A DNA stretch of 60,677 bases, counting the filler, from Sluysia triapertura (taxonomy: Eukaryota): the NCBI GenBank assembly GCA_046118255.1. It is 5 parts of 5 records of this genome, joined end to end, with 100 filler letters (N's around TTAATTAATTAA, not from the genome) between each part and the next. Parts side by side here need not be neighbours in the genome. Positions count along the whole stretch, not along the records: positions 48,292 to 60,677 come from JBJNIA010114197.1; 4 more parts are not named here. One strand, 5' to 3'. The notes beneath the pieces were generated by a model. The model made no database searches, was not told the origin of the DNA, and worked only from the letters and a program-made list of their open reading frames with translations. Each line of letters opens with the position of its first letter. The first letter of the stretch is position 1. Positions 52,290 to 60,677 of the stretch are shown one piece after another. The position numbers were made by a program, and so were the translations under genes.

Positions 52290-52499
52290 TAATTATAAAA
52301 TCTGTAATTAAAAAGAATTTAATAAGTTAATTGTAAGGTATAAGTAAAAGTCTTTAAAGTTCTTAAGTATAAGCAATAAAAATCCTAATAGAACGTCTCC
52401 AACAGTGGTACATATTTGATGAACCGACTCCTTAGATATTTTGTAAGTAAGATGAAGTTTTTAATAGAAACACTTGCATCTTATTAGTATTAAATACAA

Positions 52500-53600
52500 T
52501 TTTATAAGTTCGTCTTTCTTCATAAGTCTCGCAGCATCCATTATATGATAAGGCTTAACTGTTGCGTAAGGATCGACTGGTTTTAAAACTTCATCGCTAG
52601 TTTGATAATAACCTGAAATGAATGACTTTAATTACTAAAATTTTATTCTTCTCGATAAATGCTAATTGACATGTGTCGAACTTCATTACTGATCTCAAGT
52701 TGTACTTTTAGTAATTTGTAATAATCATCCGTTTGTTTATTTATATAAAAAATTAATTCGTAGAGTCAGTTTTATTATCTAATCACTTTTGAATTTTACA
52801 TCTTACTTTTAATTCGACTGATTTGTGAATGAACATTTTGTAAAATAGCTTGTGTAAACTAAATGAATTGTTACTGATATTAATGATATCTGCGATGTCT
52901 GTGTACATGTGATTGATAAATTTTAAATTTCCAATTTGATTTCTCAGTTAATACATTTGATATCACAAATAAATAAAATTCTCGAAAGCCAAAAGGGGAT
53001 CTTGTCTAAGACTGATTTCGTATTGTTTAAAATTTAATAGTTTTGAATTAACTTTAGCAATTGATTCAATTTCAAGAACATGAATTAAATCTAAATCTAA
53101 ACTCTGAATTAAATCAAACCATAAAAAGAGATTATGTAAACATAGCAATGTTATATTTGTAATTTGATACACTTTTATACCAATTAGGCGATACATTGTA
53201 TTAATATATTTTATGGCATCTTGTAATTGATTAGTATGAAAATTTACATCATTTAAATTAACGTAATTACCGTAAACAATAATAAAAGGTTGTTGTTTTT
53301 TTGTTTATTTAAGAAACGTGGTGATTATTAAAGTCTGGATATATGATACATCGTTTCTCATATCAGTTGATGTTTTAGATGAGCTTATATGTTGATTATT
53401 TATCATAAAACGTTTTGGTTCACTTCCATATAAAAATTCTCTAATAACTTTTTATTACTAATTATCATCATACAGCGATATGAGTTCAAAATTGTGGCTG
53501 CTAGTTACGAGTAATATTACGATTTTAAAAAATAAATTGTGTTCAAATACTTGAATTAATCTTGCTTTTTGAATGGTTTTGTATACGGCCAATGAAAATT
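52500..53600 (-). pseudogene. Decayed intronless orphan ORF
   Basis: Protein-like segments across stops and frameshifts (KTIQKARLIQVFEHNLFFKIV...; YRLIGIKVYQ...IESIAKVNSKLLNFKQYEISLRQDPLLAFENF). Confidence 0.3.
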
Positions 53601-54510
53601 ACAAGTAATAACAACATACATTTTAATGGCCAAGAAGAGCGACTGTATTGTTGCTATATGAAATTTTTACAATAAATTTTATATTGATATAATCTGTTAA
53701 TAGTTAACTGTAATTAACTGCATTAAATTAAAAATCTGTCAAAATTGACAGCTTAAATGATTAAAATTTATAAAAATAATTAATAAGGATAATAATAATT
53801 AATAATATAAAAATAATAATAAAATGTTTAAATAAAATTGCTGATAATAATAATAAAAATGTAATAAGGTAAAACATAAAAATACATAAATTTCTTTATA
53901 TAATTACCTTTTTCTTTAAATATTTCTTTATTTCTACTTCTGATATTAAGAGAACTTTTTGGTGTATTTGTGCATGCATAAACATTCGAAACAAGATATC
54001 AAACGAAAAGATATGTAAAAAATATGAAGGAAAGTTGTGTAAGGGGAATTAGTGAAGTTAAAAGAAATTCCATTTAGTTTACTGTTACGTTTAAATTTAA
54101 ATTACAAATTTAATGATTTTTTAATGTAATGTGTACATTGATTGATTTTTAATGTAGTGTGATGTAGTCGGTCACCAGATTATGAATTTGATTAAGATAT
54201 ATAATTCAGTTTCGAATTTAGGCTAGTAAAAATATTGAATCTCAATACACTTTCGAATGTTTCCTTTAAACGATACATTCTTGAGCTATTTAAATTTAGT
54301 ATTACTTTCAAATTTTATATTTTTCTTGTTTGACGCCTGCCTTACAAGTAAATAATTAATTATCATTTATCATTATTTAGACGAGGACGTTCTTAATGTT
54401 ATTAATTACATTTATATTTAGTTATAATTCTTTGAGGATACCTCAAATTACTCAAAATACTCACAATTAACAAATAATAATTATGTTTAACTGTGTACGT
54501 ATTAACTAAC

Positions 54511-54656
54511 TTATATATACTGGCAATATCGACCACCACATCGATCATATCACAGCACAATTCATATGTTTGCATGTCAATCATCATCATCGAATCTGTG
54601 GCTAAATAAATTTTACTAGCCACATCGAACAAGAATGCTTTTTCCAAATTTGAATT
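54511..54656 (-). CDS. RRAGC: Ras-related GTP-binding protein C/D (RagC/RagD, Gtr2), internal exon
   Basis: ttag|[48 protein letters not shown]|gttagt versus Rag[48 protein letters not shown]. Confidence 0.93.
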
Positions 54657-54771
54657 CTAAATTTAAATTACGAAGCATTTCTAAAAAATGACAATTATTA
54701 ACGTTTCAAATAATTTTTCCAAAAAACAAAATTTTCTCGTGAAAAACATTCATATTTAACATTGAGATCGG

Positions 54772-55600
54772 AATAATAATGATAATATATTAATTTATAT
54801 TGCGCTCATATCTACTACAAAGTAAGTACTCAAAAGCGCTTAACGTAAATTATTCATTATAAGAACTTTGCCTTTTTCTTAAATATTTCATAATCTTCCA
54901 GTAATTTGACGTTCCCTGATAACTAGTTATATATTTTTGAGACAAGCTACATATTATATACAAGCTATCACCTAGCTTATCATCACTGTGGATTCTGTAT
55001 AAATTATTATGTCTCAATGAAATATTTCTAAGAGATATTAAGGACATCCATAACGTAAACATTTGTAAATTATTGTCATGATTTTGAATTCTATTCTTGC
55101 TTTTATTGGCAACCAATGTAATTCCTTAAGATAAGGTGTTACATGAGATCTTATTCCAACTTGGAGAATTGGTCTTGCTGCTTGATTAATTATTAATTGT
55201 AATTTTTTCACTTTTCTTTATGAAATCTAGTTATCAATGAATGAACAATAAATTTAGCTGTTTATTTATTAATGAATTTTCGAATATGTGATATTTTCTT
55301 CCATGTTCATTTTTGAATCCATATAACAGCCTATATTTCGTACGTTTTGTATTTCTAGTGTGTGTCTTACCACCTACAATTAACTTTGTTTCATTTATTT
55401 TGTTATTGTTGCTATTTTTATTATTATTGAAGATTATACATTTTGACTTTTCTTCATTGATTAGTTTCAAGTATTTATTTCCAAACCATTTTACAAATTC
55501 TGTTTTGTGAATAGTACTTTCTATGTTGTTCATTTAAAATTCAGTATATATTTGTACGACATCAGCATATATACATTAATTTTTATGATAAAATTTACAG
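54772..55600 (-). mobile_element. 5'-truncated L2-clade LINE (RT C-terminal half plus 3' end)
   Basis: YADVVQIY (eroded YADD); WFGNKYLKL..EKSKCIIF; KLQLIINQAARPILQVGIRSHVTPYLKELHWLPIKARIEFKIMTIIYKCL. The 3' end aagcgcttttgag...gagcgcaatataaat plus an (ATT)-like tail is typical of L2. Confidence 0.9.
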
Positions 55601-58600
55601 TATTAATTTTTGGCTCAGTATTAGACTGAAAATTTTATTAACATTCTAATGTTTTATTTCAATCTTGATTTTAAGATAATTTAATGTTCTTAAATTTTAA
55701 TTTGATATTACTTCAATCTAATGTTAATTTAAAATGATTTTATTTATCTAATCAATTATGATGATATTGAGATTTAATGTTTTTAGATTTTGATTCCATA
55801 TAGTTTCTATACTATTTCATTTTGCTATATTCAAGCATTTCTAAAACATTTTTTATTCATTTATTGAGCATTAATAAAGCATTCATTCATAACTTGATCA
55901 GCGTTTGAACCTAATCAAGTAACTAGGTGCAACAGGTACGTCCACACATGGTCCAGACCTAAGGAGAGCTCTTAGAGGGCCGGCGAAAATTTTTCCATAA
56001 AGAACAATGCATTTTATGACATCAAGTATCTAAGGATTAGAACAAACAATACAATGGAATAAAATAAAAAAAAAATATACCTTTTGTAAAAAAATAACTA
56101 AAAGAAATAAATTTATACCAGAAGCTGCCATACTCTATTTCCTTCCTGCTTCACGTCTTTTAGATTTATCGAGAGATGAGCGATGATTTTTCAAAAAAGA
56201 TTCTTCCAAAGATTTCCCATTTAAGCAGATCGTCATAAAATTCCGAAACGTGTTTAACAATGACTGAAGATCTTTTCATTGTAACGATATTATTCATCGA
56301 ACTAACTGCGATTGTTTCCATAACAACCTTGTCTTTTTTCACGGTGTTGGGAATTTCGATTTGGAATTTTCCAGTCAATGCTTTTTCTACTAAATCTCTA
56401 AAATAATAAAAATTGGAGCTCGGCTGCTGGTAGTAGTTTGTTAAAAATTGACTTGATCCCTCTAATCGTAGACGCTGGATTTAAGCAATAATTGAATCGA
56501 AGAGTTGATGGAATGTACCACAAGCTGATGATCAATTCACGCTATAACCAAAATGGAGTCTTCTGTTTTATAATAATTTTTGTTTGTAATAATGGCTATC
56601 TTCTTTGTTTATAATTTAATTGTGATTGCAAATGTCTTTATATAGTCACAAAGACATTTTAACGTTTTTTATTTTAATTAAACAAACTTCATTCTAGAAG
56701 TTTCTTTTTATGTCTTTTTAAATTTATAATAATAATAATTTTTTAAATAATATAATTTTTAATAATTGATATAATATTTTTTTAAAAATACACAAACATA
56801 AAAAATTAAAAATATAAAATATAAAATTATGTACACCTTTACAAATACAAGAGCATACATATTTACTATGGATTAAAAAAAATAGTAAAAAAAGGCAAAA
56901 AAGAACTGTAAAAAAATTATTTAAAAAGTAAATCAATAGTTATTTATTTACATTCGATATAACATATGGAAATAACATAACGAGCGAATTTGAAGTTTGA
57001 GCGACGAAGAAAGAACTCTGAAAAGTTACATAAGTGTGACATATAAAATTTTTTGTAATGCTAATTGTCAAAAATTCAATAACACATAGTTAATTAAATT
57101 AATTATTTTATAACAATTTACAATATTAAAATAATTTAATCGATACCTTACGAAAAATGATCGATTTTATTGATAAAATATAATTATGTCGGCGCCCCAT
57201 TGTCCAGCATTGTTTCTCAAGAACAATAATAAAGGGCTAATAAAATAATAATAATAACCATAATTTATTATCAAAAGTAATATTAAATAATAATACTAAA
57301 ACTAAAACCTTAATAAGCCACCAAAATATTTAAATAAAATGCATTCGAAATTTAATTCATTAAGCAAAATTTTAAAACGTGAACTGTCTTTTAATAACAT
57401 ATACACAAAATAGCATCAAAAAAAACAAATTTCCGAATTAATGTAATATCTAAAATATCTAAAACGATGACTGTAATTAAAACCATCATCTATCTTTGAT
57501 GTACAACTTTCGATTTCTTGGATAAAGTTGAGTGATACAATTAAAACTGAAGTTACTGCAAAAGAAAAAAAAATTAAATGCAGCTGAAATGATAAAAAGG
57601 TGAGTAAAAGTGAATTGAAAGTTGTAGTAACAGCAATATAAGATTTGTCAAATCAATAAATCACGTATGACTTAATGACTCGTAAAAAGAAAAGTGGACA
57701 GTGATGTTAAAGAGATTTTTCAAAGTTAAAAAAGTTATTTGAATTAAAAATTTTGAAAAAAAATTAAAAATTACTATTTTAATGTGATATATATATATAT
57801 CTTGCTTAATTATCTGAAGGATTTAAATGTCGATTAAATTCAAACAATAAATATTTAATTTGCATGCGAATTTTATTGTTTTTTTTTAAATCGTACTATA
57901 TATAAATAAGATTTTTTTTCCAAAAAATAACTATCGTCATCATCATCACCATCTTTATAGTCAGCAATGAAAAAGAAATTAATTTTTCATAGATACTTTA
58001 AATTAATTAGTCTTCTAATAGTAGTAGTAGTAGTAGAAGAAGAAGTAGAAGTAGTACAGCCATCTGAAATAGTTTCAGAATTGAAAATTTAATCAATCAC
58101 TAGTTACAGAATGAGTAAAAAAGTCATCAACTATATAACTAGAAACAAAAAAAAGAGAACATCGTTTTTTTTTATTTGATATATTATTATACACATCGGA
58201 TATAACCATAAGCATTTAACTTTGATCATCATCATCATCATCATCGTTTTTTTATAGTTTACAATAACTCAATTTTTAGTAAATGAAAACTTTGAGAATA
58301 TTATTTCATAATTCACCTTGAGGCATACTTTATTATTATTATTATTATTATTAATATTTGTATTGATAAATTTACTACAATGTAATATGTATATAATATG
58401 ATGATAAAGATGATACTGTTAAGTAAAGAGATCACAAAGACTGTAATTAGATTTCATAGCTACCACACATCTAATTGATTGTGTAACATGCAAGGGTAGT
58501 GATATTTAGTTCACCTCATCAAACCCATCTTTTTATTGAGGCGATTTATATAATAATAATAATATTATTATTATTATTACTAAACATTATAAATAATTTC

Positions 58601-59685
58601 ATATTATATCACAATTCATTACATATTTATGGTTGTTTAACTCTGATCTAAAAGAAAAATACTATTTATATTATCAGGCAATTGCAACAGGGCCATTAGA
58701 GAGTCGACGAATGAATGCATATATATATATATATGCTGTCGATATTCATATAATCGTTTTCTAATCCAAAGGTGCTCAAAATTTTAAAGTTGTTCGATTT
58801 TACAAACAAAGTTTTGTTTTTTCTTTGAATATTTTTTGTTGTTTTTGACCAATTCAAGTAGTTCCATAATTTACATTCTTGATGTAGAACAATCATCAAG
58901 AATAAAATTTCAAAGCTTACAAATTCATAAATCAATTATACATGTGCACTAGAGATGTTATGCTATTTGGTATTCTACTATCTTTTAGCTGTTAATTAAA
59001 AATAACGTTAAGCAAACATTGCTATCACAATCGCGAAGTAGCAGCTATTAAATAAGAGCGACGTGTTGAAAAAATATTAATATATTAACAGACATAATAA
59101 TTGCATTTTTGATATAAAGAATTAAAATTTAATTTTGTTAATTTTTCTTTACTTTTACTACTGAATTAGAACTGTTGTTGTTGTTCATAATATTTAATTT
59201 ATAAGAAACGGTGTTTATTTTATTTATGGCGTTTTTTTATAGTGGCACTATGATTTTTTATTAAGTTGGGGGCGCCAAAAATAAATCTGTTGAAATGGGG
59301 GCTTAACCATATATATAGCATACTGTTCGCTACAAATATAATTGGTGCTATAGGGAGGCCTGTCAGAGGCTAGTTACTGTGTATTATTCAGCATAACAAT
59401 TTAATATTAATTTAAACCATATATTTTGTAAAAATTAATTTTTCGAAAGATATCAAAAATGATAAAAATGCAGATATATAGTGACACAGTCGAGCAAACA
59501 TAACCCAACATTATAATCATTACACATATATCTAAGTCTTCTTTTTTTACTTCTACTTTTTCAGAAAATGGTCAAACTTTTCTATTTAGTTCTTTCTTGA
59601 AGTCCATAAGTGAAATATTTATCGAATTTCGTGTCTTATAAAGAAAGAAAGATCGAGAATGCAGAAAAAAGATTTTTAATAGTGC

Positions 59686-59798
59686 TGTTAGACTTCATGA
59701 AATGGACTGGGTAGAATCGAATCCGGGCCTCTCGCTGCACAACTTTATATTATTATAGTCTATTATACTAAATGGTACTTTAGGCCTATATTCCAACA
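59686..59798 (-). mobile_element. tRNA-containing LTR-like repeat, copy 6 (internal deletion, both ends kept)
   Basis: tgttagacttcatgaaatggactg...taggcctatattccaaca. Confidence 0.8.
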
Positions 59799-59867
59799 TA
59801 TCTCACCTGGTTCAATTATCTTTGTTCTCAAACATCTCGTAAATCATTTAATTCATCATCAGAAGAG

Positions 59868-59982
59868 TATTAGACTGACAGAGGATCGACATGGGACTTC
59901 TCGCTGAGCTATCGGCCCCGTCTAACTATTTTGTTTTATTATATTCAATTCTACATGGCATTTCTATGGTTTTTCTACAACT
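59868..59982 (-). mobile_element. tRNA-containing LTR-like repeat, copy 7 (degenerate)
   Basis: gactgac...ggatcga...ctgagctatcggccccgtctaac...atattcaatt...atggca. Confidence 0.75.
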
Positions 59983-60249
59983 TACCTAAGACAAAATATT
60001 TTTGAGCGGGGTTCCGCTACAGTAAACGACTTACAACGTATAGTGGGCGTTCATGTAACTTTAAGTTAATAATATAATGATATAAGACTAGTTATAACTT
60101 TGTGTAGAAAATCGTGCTATTCTTCCTTACCTAAGGGTCTAAAATTACCTCCTTTTTACAATTATTTTTACGAAACGAAAATTCTACAAATGTTTACATG
60201 CAAATGCAAAATGTTTTATTAGATGATAATACTGCTGTGGCTTTTCTTA

Positions 60250-60604
60250 ACTTTTAACATACGGCAAAATACAATTGAGCAGGGTCTGGTTACCCTGTAA
60301 AGATGGCATCTCTGTAATATATCAATTAAATTAGAGGGTTTCTTCAAATACTTATGTGTCAATCGATCCAATTAAAATAAGAAATAAAGTAAATAAATAT
60401 GTATTAATTAAATTAATAAATTAACAAAAATCAAATTATTACAATAAATTACAAAAAAAAACACTTTTGATTTTATGATCAAAACCCTGAGAGTCTTTGA
60501 TTCTTATAATCTATTTTAAATTTAATTTAAAACATCCCCCTCATTAGATCGGAGCTGTCAGATTTCCTTAAACTGATTTTTCCTATACTTTAAGTTTCAA
60601 CTTT
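60250..60604 (-). repeat. Dispersed repeat family B copy
   Basis: Reverse complement of 16230-16570; it stops exactly where tRNA-repeat copy 8 begins. Confidence 0.75.
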
Positions 60605-60677
60605 TGTTAGACTTCGTAAAATGGACTGACCGGGGATCGAACCCGGGACCATCGTCTGCGCAGTCCGACTGCTCTAC
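60605..60677 (-). mobile_element. tRNA-containing LTR-like repeat, copy 8 (cut by window end)
   Basis: tgttagacttcgtaaaatggactgaccggggatcgaacccgggacc...tgctctac. Confidence 0.9.

Noticed and set aside
60280-60557. Second hAT MITE (CAGGGTCTGG...AGATCGGAGCTG)
   Set aside because: Better explained as an inverted copy of family B (16230-16570); TIRs and TSD do not hold.

Overview
This is very AT-rich eukaryotic DNA, most likely from an animal/invertebrate; it is not prokaryotic. The window joins five contigs (1-12862, 12963-23986, 24087-35771, 35872-48191, 48292-60677) with artificial 100-bp N-TTAATTAATTAA-N spacers, so adjacency across a spacer means nothing. Three host genes are recognisable as spliced exons: the last exon of mitochondrial Lon protease (+), the last three or more exons of DNA polymerase alpha subunit B/POLA2 (-), and one internal exon of a RagC/RagD GTPase (-). 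The rest is mostly decayed mobile DNA: L2-clade LINE fragments, mariner and probable Merlin/pogo transposase relics, a hAT MITE with target-site duplication, a 60-bp piggyBac-like element, several dispersed repeat families and many intronless pseudogenised orphan ORFs, two of which share an unusual CCCH finger. The most notable signal is a ~156-bp repeat present 8 times. It has LTR-like TG...CA ends and an internal tRNA-Ala-like Pol III cassette, and one copy is followed by a tRNA-Trp-like primer-binding site. It may be a non-autonomous LTR element with a tRNA inside the LTR. All alignments were made by eye from remembered family motifs; no database searches were run.
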